This document shows, in pieces, positions 6,954 to 13,399 of a stretch of 15,076 bases of DNA (positions within the stretch are counted from its first letter, which is position 1; each line of letters starts with the position of its first letter). The DNA lies in the NCBI GenBank assembly GCA_030689875.1, contig JAUYHR010000004.1:1-15076 (forward strand), written 5' to 3'. The stretch is from Nanobdellota archaeon. Its GTDB lineage: Archaea; Nanobdellota; Nanobdellia; Pacearchaeales; GW2011-AR1. A program made the translations under genes and the position numbers. Under the pieces are notes generated by a model. The model was given only the letters and a program-made list of their open reading frames with translations, was not told where the DNA came from and did no database searches.

Positions 6954-7289
6954 TTATTTAATTATACTCTCAAAAATTTTTATAATTTGAAGAGTCTTTT
7001 CTTCTTTTATTTTTCCAATCTTCTTTATAACTAAAAATTTATCTAATCTTAAAATATTTTCAACTTTTATACAGCACTCGTTCATTATTTTACCTTCTTC
7101 TAAATCTTTGTTATTTAATTTTAAAGCGTATCTATCTTTAGAAATATTAGAAGTTACTCCAACAACAATTAAATCTTCAGAATGTTCATTAAAATTATTG
7201 TTGCTAATTACTATTACAGGTCTTACTTTTTTCCCTGCTTGATCTGAAAATGGGAAGGGAACTAATAATAAATCCCCTTGATTTATCAT
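6954..7289 (-). CDS. mazF: MazF/PemK family endoribonuclease toxin
   Basis: MINQGDLLLVPFPFSDQAGKKVRPVIVISNN...IVVGVTSN matches the PemK/MazF signature (GD...v.f.......g.k.RPvvVvS ... v.piTs). The track start at 7304 is TTG. The ATG at 7289 gives a classic ATGA overlap with the antitoxin stop (7286-7289). Confidence 0.85.
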   Translation of the reverse strand: MINQGDLLLVPFPFSDQAGKKVRPVIVISNNNFNEHSEDLIVVGVTSNISKDRYALKLNNKDLEEGKIMNECCIKVENILRLDKFLVIKKIGKIKEEKTLQIIKIFESIIK

Positions 7290-7513
7290 AAATATTTGCT
7301 CCAAATTTTATCATCTTTTTTATTATCCCAAATTTTTTTCATTGATTTTTCTGCTAATATTAAAAACCCTGCTTTTTCTTTTATATTTTTTTCAAGTTTT
7401 TCCATTATTAAATGTCTGATAAATTCAGATTTTGAAGGATAAGCTCTTTTTTTTATAAAAATTTCTAATTCTTTTGCTTCATTTTCAGGCAATTTTATTG
7501 TTATTGTTTTCAT
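7286..7513 (-). CDS. Ribbon-helix-helix (CopG-like) antitoxin of the MazF toxin
   Basis: 75 aa. MKTITIKLPENEAKELEIFIKKRAYPSKSEFIRHLIMEKL has the RHH strand-helix-helix pattern. It lies immediately upstream of mazF and is translationally coupled to it. Confidence 0.8.
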   Translation of the reverse strand: MKTITIKLPENEAKELEIFIKKRAYPSKSEFIRHLIMEKLEKNIKEKAGFLILAEKSMKKIWDNKKDDKIWSKYL

Positions 7514-7533
7514 AGTAATCTTAGGGGATTACT
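7514..7533 (-). promoter_or_regulatory. Perfect 7-bp inverted repeat (AGTAATC-N6-GATTACT); putative antitoxin operator overlapping the transcription start
   Basis: AGTAATC (7514-7520), TTAGGG, then GATTACT (7527-7533). The repeat sits directly between the antitoxin ATG (7513) and a TATA-like element. It could also fold as a hairpin behind the upstream gene that ends at 7558. Confidence 0.45.
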
Positions 7534-7544
7534 GTTTAAATATC
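7534..7544 (-). promoter_or_regulatory. Putative TATA box of the RHH-mazF operon
   Basis: The minus strand reads GATATTTAAAC, centred about 26 nt upstream of the ATG at 7513. This is the same GATATTTAA-type element seen at 334-346. Confidence 0.4.
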
Positions 7545-7557
7545 TTTTGTATTTTAT

Positions 7558-8112
7558 TTATAAAATATCAGCGACCCTGTTATCTATAATTCCTCTAAAA
7601 ATATCTGTGATTTTATAATCTTTAGGAGAGATTCCCCCGTTATCACAATGATAAACTTTATGAGTAAACTGACTGAATTTTGTTCGTATTTTTAAGCCGT
7701 TTTCTTTAAGCAATTCTCTGTTTTCTTTATTATATCTTAGCTGGGGATATTTGAAAATTTCAGGATTGTAACCAAAACACTCTTCAAAAATTTTCATTCC
7801 TTCTTCCAGTTCTTCTTGCGTGATATTTTCTCTTCTAAATTCTCTGTAAGTGTGCTTAATTCCGTGCATTCCAAGTGTTTTATTTAGAGACAATATTTCT
7901 CCGCACCATTCTGGGTTTTCTGAAATTTTATAGTTCTGAAAATTTGGAACCACCCATAAAATATCCGCTTTTTCAACATATTTTTTTTCATCTTCACAAG
8001 AAATTCCGGGGGTAACATCATCAATTTCTCTTGAACTTGTAAGTCTTATAAAAAACCAAATTATAATTAATATAAGGATAATTATTAGAAATATTTTTAT
8101 GCCTTTTTTCAT
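7558..8112 (-). CDS. Membrane-anchored DUF2334 / polysaccharide-deacetylase-like protein
   Basis: 184 aa. It has an N-terminal TM helix (IKIFLIIILILIIIWFFI). LGMHGIKHTYREF resembles the DUF2334 HGytH...EF motif with HxxxH spacing, and FKYPQLRYNKENRELLKENGLKI resembles f.pP.w..s......l...Gf. The assignment is by motif memory only. Confidence 0.45.
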   Translation of the reverse strand: MKKGIKIFLIIILILIIIWFFIRLTSSREIDDVTPGISCEDEKKYVEKADILWVVPNFQNYKISENPEWCGEILSLNKTLGMHGIKHTYREFRRENITQEELEEGMKIFEECFGYNPEIFKYPQLRYNKENRELLKENGLKIRTKFSQFTHKVYHCDNGGISPKDYKITDIFRGIIDNRVADIL

Positions 8113-8130
8113 AATTAAATATTAGTCAAT

Positions 8131-8143
8131 AATACTTAAAAAC
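8131..8143. promoter_or_regulatory. Single AT-rich TATA-like element possibly shared by the divergent genes starting at 8112 (-) and 8165 (+)
   Basis: AATACTTAAAAAC is centred at about 8137. That is 25 nt from the minus-strand ATG (8112) and 28 nt from the plus-strand ATG (8165), within a 52-nt divergent spacer. Confidence 0.3.
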
Positions 8144-8164
8144 TATTGGTTCTTTATTTAATTT

Positions 8165-8758
8165 ATGCAGACAAGCAAAAGCGAATCAGAAATCTCAATT
8201 AAGCAAAAACCGCAAAGTGTTTCTGCTGAGACTATTGAAGAAATTGAAGAAGCAAAACAAAAGGAGAATTTAAAAAAACTTGAAGCAATATTTTTTGTTT
8301 CTGGGAAATTCTTGACAATTCCTGAATTAATTTCTCTTACTGATTTAAATCCGATTATACTTCGGGATTTAATAGACAGATTAAAAGATAAATATTCAAA
8401 AGAAGATTCTGCGATTGAAATTGTTGAAAAAAATGCAATGTGGAAAATGGATGTCCGTCAGGAATATTTGCATTTAATAAATAAATTAGCAGGAGGACGC
8501 TCTGAATTTACAAAAGCAGAACAGGAAACTCTCGCGATTATTGCATTTAAACAGCCGATTAAGCAGTCAGTAATAATTAAAATCAGAGGAAATAAAGCAT
8601 ATGAACACATAAAAAAATTCTCTGATTTAGAATTAATTAGAAAAAAGAAATTAGGGCACACTCACGAATTAAATTTAAGCGACGATTTTTATGATTATTT
8701 TAATGTTGCTGATTTAGAGAGTGTGAAAAATACAGCGCAAGAATCTTTAAAAGAATAG
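8165..8758 (+). CDS. scpB: Segregation and condensation protein B (ScpB, kleisin-associated SMC partner)
   Basis: 197 aa. LEAIFFVSGKFLTIPEL, AIEIVEKNAMWKM and FTKAEQETLAIIAFKQPIKQSVIIKIRGNKAYEHI match ScpB winged-helix motifs (LEAlLf..g.pl..., LS.aalEtLAiIAY.QPiTr.ei..iRGv). There is a ~35-aa N-terminal extension. The gene ends with TAG. Confidence 0.8.
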   Translation: MQTSKSESEISIKQKPQSVSAETIEEIEEAKQKENLKKLEAIFFVSGKFLTIPELISLTDLNPIILRDLIDRLKDKYSKEDSAIEIVEKNAMWKMDVRQEYLHLINKLAGGRSEFTKAEQETLAIIAFKQPIKQSVIIKIRGNKAYEHIKKFSDLELIRKKKLGHTHELNLSDDFYDYFNVADLESVKNTAQESLKE

Positions 8759-8774
8759 AAATAGAAAATTTATT

Positions 8775-10022
8775 ATGGACTTCATAACAATCGTATTTTT
8801 AGTGTATTCCTTTTTGGCATTCTATTTTTTATTTTTGTTTATTTTAACTTATGTTCAAAATAAAAGAGAATTTTTTTCTGTTCCGCCTATTACAAAAGAA
8901 TATTCGTTAAGCATTGTTGTTCCGTGTTTTAATGGAGAAGAAGTTATTGGAAATACAATAAATAATTTATTAAAGTTAGATTACAGGCAGTTAAAAAAAA
9001 TAATTGTTGTGGATGATTGTTCAACAGACAATTCTTACGCAATTGCAAAGGAATTTCAAAAAAAATATCCAGATAGAGTTTTAGTTGTCCAAACTCCAAA
9101 AAATTCTGGAAATTCTGCAGGAGCAAAAAACTATGGGGTAAAATTTGTTAATACAGAATTAATTGGGTTTACAGACGATGATTCTCTGCCTGAAAAAGAT
9201 TCTGTGAATTATATGATTGGTTTTTTTGATGATAAAAAAGTCGGGGCAGTTACATCTACTGTATTAGTCCAGAACAGAAATAGTTTTATTTTAAGACTTC
9301 AGTCAATTGAATATAAAGTCATTAAATTTTCAAGAAAACTTCTGGAATTCTTGGATTCTATTTATGTAACTCCAGGACCCTTGGCAATTTATAGAAAATC
9401 CGCTTTTGATGATGTTAAAGGTTTTGATGAAAAAAATCTTACTGAAGATATTGAAATTACCTGGCACTTGCAGTATAAAGGATACAAAATTAAAATGGCT
9501 GTTCCATCAAGGGTTTACAGCATTGCTCCCGATAAAATCAAAGATTGGATTAAACAGAGAAACAGATGGAACATCGGCGGACTTCAAACTATCAGCAAAT
9601 ATAAATCAGCTTTTTTAAAAAAAGGAACTCTTGGAAAATTTATTCTGCCTTTTTTTGTTTTATCCTGGGTCGTTGGCTTATTTGGAATAGGACTCTTTGG
9701 ATACAGGATTGCAAGAACAATCGCTTTGAAATATTTATCCGCCAGTTATTCTATTCAGGCGCAGACAGCGGTTTTTAGCTTAAGCGACGTCAATTTTACT
9801 TTAAGCGCTTTAATATTTTTCGGGCTGACTGTTTTTTTTCTAAGCCTTTTTTATACAATTTTTGCATTGTCAAATATTAAAGAAAAACAATATAAAAAAG
9901 AAAACTGGTTTACAGTTGGTTTTTATATGTTCTTTTATCTGCTTCTATACCCAATAATTTTAATAATTTCAATATATAAATTTTCAAAATATAAATTCTT
10001 AAAAAGAGAGCTAAAGTGGTAA
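8775..10022 (+). CDS. Integral-membrane processive family-2 glycosyltransferase (PgaC/IcaA/NodC/cellulose-synthase-like beta-glycan synthase)
   Basis: 415 aa. An N-terminal TM helix is followed by SIVVPCFNGEE, VVDDCSTDNS, NSGNSAGAKNYG, FTDDDS (DxD), LTEDIEITWHLQYKGYKI (TED) and QRNRWNIGG (QxxRW). Several C-terminal TM helices follow. The D,D,D,QxxRW set is diagnostic of processive synthases. Confidence 0.85.
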   Translation: MDFITIVFLVYSFLAFYFLFLFILTYVQNKREFFSVPPITKEYSLSIVVPCFNGEEVIGNTINNLLKLDYRQLKKIIVVDDCSTDNSYAIAKEFQKKYPDRVLVVQTPKNSGNSAGAKNYGVKFVNTELIGFTDDDSLPEKDSVNYMIGFFDDKKVGAVTSTVLVQNRNSFILRLQSIEYKVIKFSRKLLEFLDSIYVTPGPLAIYRKSAFDDVKGFDEKNLTEDIEITWHLQYKGYKIKMAVPSRVYSIAPDKIKDWIKQRNRWNIGGLQTISKYKSAFLKKGTLGKFILPFFVLSWVVGLFGIGLFGYRIARTIALKYLSASYSIQAQTAVFSLSDVNFTLSALIFFGLTVFFLSLFYTIFALSNIKEKQYKKENWFTVGFYMFFYLLLYPIILIISIYKFSKYKFLKRELKW

Positions 10023-10098
10023 TAAAGTGAAATTCCTAAGCAGAATTTCCCATTATTCCTTTTACAGGAAATAAAAGAAATAAAGAGAGATAATAAAA

Positions 10099-10758
10099 AT
10101 GCTAAACAATAAAAAACGCGTATTTTGGGAAGCTTTAATTTTGACTATTTTAATTTTCTTGCTTGGTTTTTTATCCGGACTTATTTTTGAAAATAAAAGA
10201 GTGGAAGTTATTGAAAAATATTATATCCAATCTGAAAATTCTTTAATGGATATTTTTGCTCTGAATAATTTTGTCAGCTTGAATAATATAAGCTGCGACG
10301 CTTTAATAAGCTCTAATATTAATTTTGCCGACCGCATTTATGACGAAGCAAAAATTTTAGACGAATATGAGAAAACAGGAAAAATTACAGATAAGATGGA
10401 TATACAACACAAGAAATATGATATAATGAGAACTTTTTTATGGATAAACACAATTAAAACCGCTGAAATTTGCAAGAATAATTCTGTTCACACAATTGTT
10501 TATATTTATCAGTTTAATACAAATGACCTAACTGAAAAAGCCACAAACAGCGTCTGGTCTAAAATTTTGGCTGATTTAAAAGAAACCCGCGGAAATGATA
10601 TTATTTTAATCCCAATCGCAGCTGACAGCGATATAATTGCATTAAATTCTATGTTGGAAAATTATGATGTTCAGAAATATCCTGTTTTAATTATTGACAA
10701 TAAATATCTAATTAAGGAATTAAGTTCAGTTGAAGAAATTGAGAAGTATCTTTCTTAA
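10099..10758 (+). CDS. Membrane-anchored hypothetical protein with one N-terminal TM helix and an extracytoplasmic domain
   Basis: 219 aa. The TM helix is VFWEALILTILIFLLGFLSGLIF. The C-terminal half (HTIVYIYQF...ILIPIAADSD...YPVLIIDNKYLIKE) is vaguely thioredoxin-fold-like but has no CxxC. I recognise no family. Confidence 0.45.
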   Translation: MLNNKKRVFWEALILTILIFLLGFLSGLIFENKRVEVIEKYYIQSENSLMDIFALNNFVSLNNISCDALISSNINFADRIYDEAKILDEYEKTGKITDKMDIQHKKYDIMRTFLWINTIKTAEICKNNSVHTIVYIYQFNTNDLTEKATNSVWSKILADLKETRGNDIILIPIAADSDIIALNSMLENYDVQKYPVLIIDNKYLIKELSSVEEIEKYLS

Positions 10759-10809
10759 TCTATATTCTATTATAGAAATATTAAAAAGAGGCAGTTTCTA
10801 TATTTTTTA

Positions 10810-11580
10810 ATGGAATGTTTTATTTGTGGCGTTAAAGGAGAAGATGCAGTGCTTTTTAGCGCAATTGTAAAAGAAGGCGTTGTGCCGGTTTGCGAAGCGT
10901 GTTCGCTTAAAGAAAAAATTTTAATTATAAAAAGAGTTGGACAGCTTCGGGAATCTGAAAGAAACCAGACAGTTTACGAGAGGCTTTCCCACATGGCAGG
11001 ACTTAATCCGGTTGAACACAAAGAAAAAATAAAACAGGAAGAAAGAATTGAATTAAGAAGACAGGAAACAAGAAAGCCGGCTGAAAAAAAGAATTTATCT
11101 TATCCAAATTTAAAACAGATTAAACCGCAATTTGAAGAAGGGTTGGTCAGGAATTATCACTGGACAATTTTTAATGCCAGAAGAGCCATGAAGCTGACGC
11201 AAAAACAACTTGCAGATGAAATTGGAGAGCCGGAAGCGTCGGTCAAATTAGTTGAAAGAGGAATTTTGCCTGACAATTATCTGCCGTTTATAAGAAAACT
11301 TCAGACATATTTAAGGGTGGCTCTTTTTGACAACCAATTAAAAAAAGATTTTAACTTAGACAAAAGCAATACAAAACTTGCCCCTAAAAATGTTTCTGAA
11401 GAAGAGTCAAGAGTTCCATACTGGAAAAGATTAGGATTTCTTCAGAGAAACAGAGAAAAAAGACAAAATCAAGAACCGGAAGAAAATGAAGAGCGAGAAG
11501 AGATGAATGGAATGAGAAAACTAAGTCAAGAAGAAATAGACAAAATTACTTTTGGTCAGGAATCGTCAGAAGATAAATAA
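10810..11580 (+). CDS. MBF1-like protein with an N-terminal zinc ribbon, an XRE-type HTH, a long linker and a charged C-terminal tail
   Basis: 256 aa. The zinc ribbon is CFICG...VPVCEAC (four Cys). The HTH is ARRAMKLTQKQLADEIGEPEASVKLVERGILPDN. This is the archaeal MBF1 architecture. The protein is about 90-100 aa longer than typical archaeal MBF1 proteins as I remember them, with a Glu/Arg-rich tail ending ...KITFGQESSEDK. Confidence 0.6.
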   Translation: MECFICGVKGEDAVLFSAIVKEGVVPVCEACSLKEKILIIKRVGQLRESERNQTVYERLSHMAGLNPVEHKEKIKQEERIELRRQETRKPAEKKNLSYPNLKQIKPQFEEGLVRNYHWTIFNARRAMKLTQKQLADEIGEPEASVKLVERGILPDNYLPFIRKLQTYLRVALFDNQLKKDFNLDKSNTKLAPKNVSEEESRVPYWKRLGFLQRNREKRQNQEPEENEEREEMNGMRKLSQEEIDKITFGQESSEDK

Positions 11581-11612
11581 AAATTTATAAAGCTGTTCAA
11601 CCTTTAATAACC

Positions 11613-11807
11613 ATGTCTAAAGAAGTTAATAATTATCTTTTTGTATCTGGGCTGATTTTCTTGCTAATATCTCTGCTTCATTTGTTTAGAATAATTTTCC
11701 AGTGGGAAGCTGTATTTAATGGAAGAGAAATTCCTTTGTATGCTTCTTATATTGGCTTTATTATCGGAGCTGTTTTAACTTATTATGCGTTTAGATTGAG
11801 AAAATAA
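11613..11807 (+). CDS. Small two-TM membrane protein (hypothetical)
   Basis: 64 aa with two hydrophobic helices (YLFVSGLIFLLISLLHLF and YASYIGFIIGAVLTYYAF). ATTTATAAAGC lies about 25 nt upstream of the ATG. Confidence 0.45.
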   Translation: MSKEVNNYLFVSGLIFLLISLLHLFRIIFQWEAVFNGREIPLYASYIGFIIGAVLTYYAFRLRK

Positions 11808-11823
11808 ATATTCCCCAAGCGCT

Positions 11824-11850
11824 TTAACTTCAGGTTAATTTGACTTTTTT
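11824..11850 (+). terminator. Short hairpin plus oligo-T tract; putative terminator after the 11613..11807 gene
   Basis: TTAAC (11824-11828), a 5-nt loop, then GTTAA (11834-11838), followed by TTTGAC and T6 (11845-11850). Oligo-T tracts are the known archaeal intrinsic termination signal. The stem is weak. Confidence 0.3.
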
Positions 11851-11891
11851 AACAGGAGATTATTATTTAACAAAACAATTGTAACCGAAGA

Positions 11892-11902
11892 ACTTTTAAA
11901 CT
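11892..11902 (+). promoter_or_regulatory. Putative TATA box for rpoL
   Basis: ACTTTTAAACT is centred 25 nt upstream of the ATG at 11922. An 8-bp palindrome ACAATTGT lies just upstream, at about 11873-11880. Confidence 0.35.
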
Positions 11903-11921
11903 AATTTTATTCTAAATTAAT

Positions 11922-12179
11922 ATGGAACTGGAAATTTTAAAACAGGACAAAGATTCTATTGAAGTTCAGCTTGACAATTTGACTCTTGCGGAAATTTTAA
12001 GGGTTTATCTAAACAAAGATTCTGATGTAAAATTTGCCGCCTGGAAAAGAGATCACCCGACAAAAAAACCGATTCTTTCTGTAAAGGCAAAAAATCCAAA
12101 AAAAGCAATTAAGGACGCTGTTTCAGCAATCACAAAAGATTTGGACAGGATTGAAAAAGAGTTTTCTAAACTTAAGTAA
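11922..12179 (+). CDS. rpoL: DNA-directed RNA polymerase subunit L (Rpo11)
   Basis: 85 aa. MELEILKQDKDSIEVQLDNLTLAEILRVYLNKDSDVKFAAWKRDHPTKKPILSVKAK..KKAIKDA follows the Rpo11/RpoL pattern (..i....n.lef.l.gedhTl.n.Lr..L...p.V.fA.Y...HP....p.l.i.t.....p..al..a). Confidence 0.8.
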   Translation: MELEILKQDKDSIEVQLDNLTLAEILRVYLNKDSDVKFAAWKRDHPTKKPILSVKAKNPKKAIKDAVSAITKDLDRIEKEFSKLK

Positions 12180-12233
12180 AAATATATTTTTAATCACCAT
12201 CTTACTTTTAAAAGAGATAAACCTTTTTTAGTG

Positions 12234-12629
12234 ATGACATTAAACATTAAAGAACCAGAATTAATAGGAAAAGTCCAAAATTACGATTTAGAATCAATAA
12301 TAGAACAAAACTTTAAAATCCTTTTTAAATCCAAAAAAGAAAAATTGAAAATTTATATAAAATATCAGCGTAAAAAGGAAGGAAGATTTGATGAACGATG
12401 TCTTGAGGTGTCTATTCCACAGATTAACACTTCAATGGATACGGGCAGGGGAATATATGCTAAATTTGTGAAATCCGGTTTCAATAAATCTATGGAAATT
12501 AAAGGAATGAATAATTATTTTCATAATGAAAAACTTGCTAAAATATTTACTAATAAAATTCAACCAATTCTAAAAGAAACTCTCCCAAGATATATGTATA
12601 AATTAACAGAAATTCCTAAACTTAAATAA
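12234..12629 (+). CDS. Hypothetical protein, orphan with no recognisable motif
   Basis: 131 aa from the ATG at 12234. The track start at 12231 is GTG. A TATA-like CTTACTTTTAAAAGAG lies about 22-25 nt upstream. The protein is Lys-rich, has no TM helix and I recognise no family. Confidence 0.5.
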   Translation: MTLNIKEPELIGKVQNYDLESIIEQNFKILFKSKKEKLKIYIKYQRKKEGRFDERCLEVSIPQINTSMDTGRGIYAKFVKSGFNKSMEIKGMNNYFHNEKLAKIFTNKIQPILKETLPRYMYKLTEIPKLK

Positions 12630-12643
12630 TTTGCAACAATAAT

Positions 12644-12655
12644 GCTTATTAATTC
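12644..12655 (+). promoter_or_regulatory. Putative TATA box for radB
   Basis: GCTTATTAATTC is centred about 24 nt upstream of the ATG at 12674. Confidence 0.35.
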
Positions 12656-12673
12656 TTATTTCAAAATATTATC

Positions 12674-13399
12674 ATGACAAAAATTTCAACTGGAAGTTTT
12701 GATTTAAATGCCTGGCTTAACGGCGGTTATGAAAAAGATATAATCACCATGATTGCAGGACCGCCAGGAAGCGGGAAAACAAATTTTTCAATTCTGGCTT
12801 CTTGCAGTCAGTCTAAAGATAATAAAAAAGTTATTTTTATTGATACAGAAGGCGGATTTTCTATTGACAGAGTAAAACAAATTGTCGGCGTGAATCACGA
12901 AAAAATATTAGAGAATATTTTTTTGCTTAAGCCAACAAATTTTGAAGAGCAAAAAAAATGTTTTGAAAAGCTTTTGGTTGCCGTTAAAAAAGAACAGATT
13001 GGATTGATTGTTGTTGATGGAATGGCGATGTTGTACAGACTTGAGTTAGGCGACGCTATTCATTCAAAAGATGATTCAAATATCCGGGAGATTAATCGGG
13101 AGATTGCAAAGCAAATGAGAGTTCTGGCTGAAATTTCCAGAAAACAAGAAATTCCAATTTTAATTACAAACCAAGTTTATTCCGGATTTGTTTCAGAGGA
13201 AGATTGGAAAAAAGGATTAAAAGGCGAAGCAAATATTGTCGGCGGAGATTTATTTAAATATTGGAGCAAGTGCATTATTGAATTAAAAAATGACGGCGGA
13301 AAAAAGAAAGCTATTTTATTAAAACACAGAAGTCTCAAGTCAAAAGAATTATCTTTTGAAATAAGGGATGAGGGAATTTTTAAAAAAGGATGGTTATAA
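12674..13399 (+). CDS. radB: DNA repair and recombination protein RadB (RadA/Rad51 paralog, core ATPase only)
   Basis: 241 aa. ISTGSFDLNAWLNGGYEKDIITMIAGPPGSGKTNF contains Walker A. VIFIDTEGGFSIDRVKQI and LIVVDGMAMLYR (Walker B) follow, then IPILITNQVY. The protein is collinear with Pyrococcus-type RadB as I remember it and lacks the RadA N-terminal HhH domain. Confidence 0.85.
   Translation: MTKISTGSFDLNAWLNGGYEKDIITMIAGPPGSGKTNFSILASCSQSKDNKKVIFIDTEGGFSIDRVKQIVGVNHEKILENIFLLKPTNFEEQKKCFEKLLVAVKKEQIGLIVVDGMAMLYRLELGDAIHSKDDSNIREINREIAKQMRVLAEISRKQEIPILITNQVYSGFVSEEDWKKGLKGEANIVGGDLFKYWSKCIIELKNDGGKKKAILLKHRSLKSKELSFEIRDEGIFKKGWL

Noticed and set aside
12231-12237. GTGATGA, a match to the box C consensus (RUGAUGA) of C/D sRNAs, in the rpoL-orphan spacer
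   Set aside because: No CUGA D or D' box, and no second C' box, follows within the next ~70 nt. The motif simply overlaps the GTG/ATG start region of the 12234 ORF.
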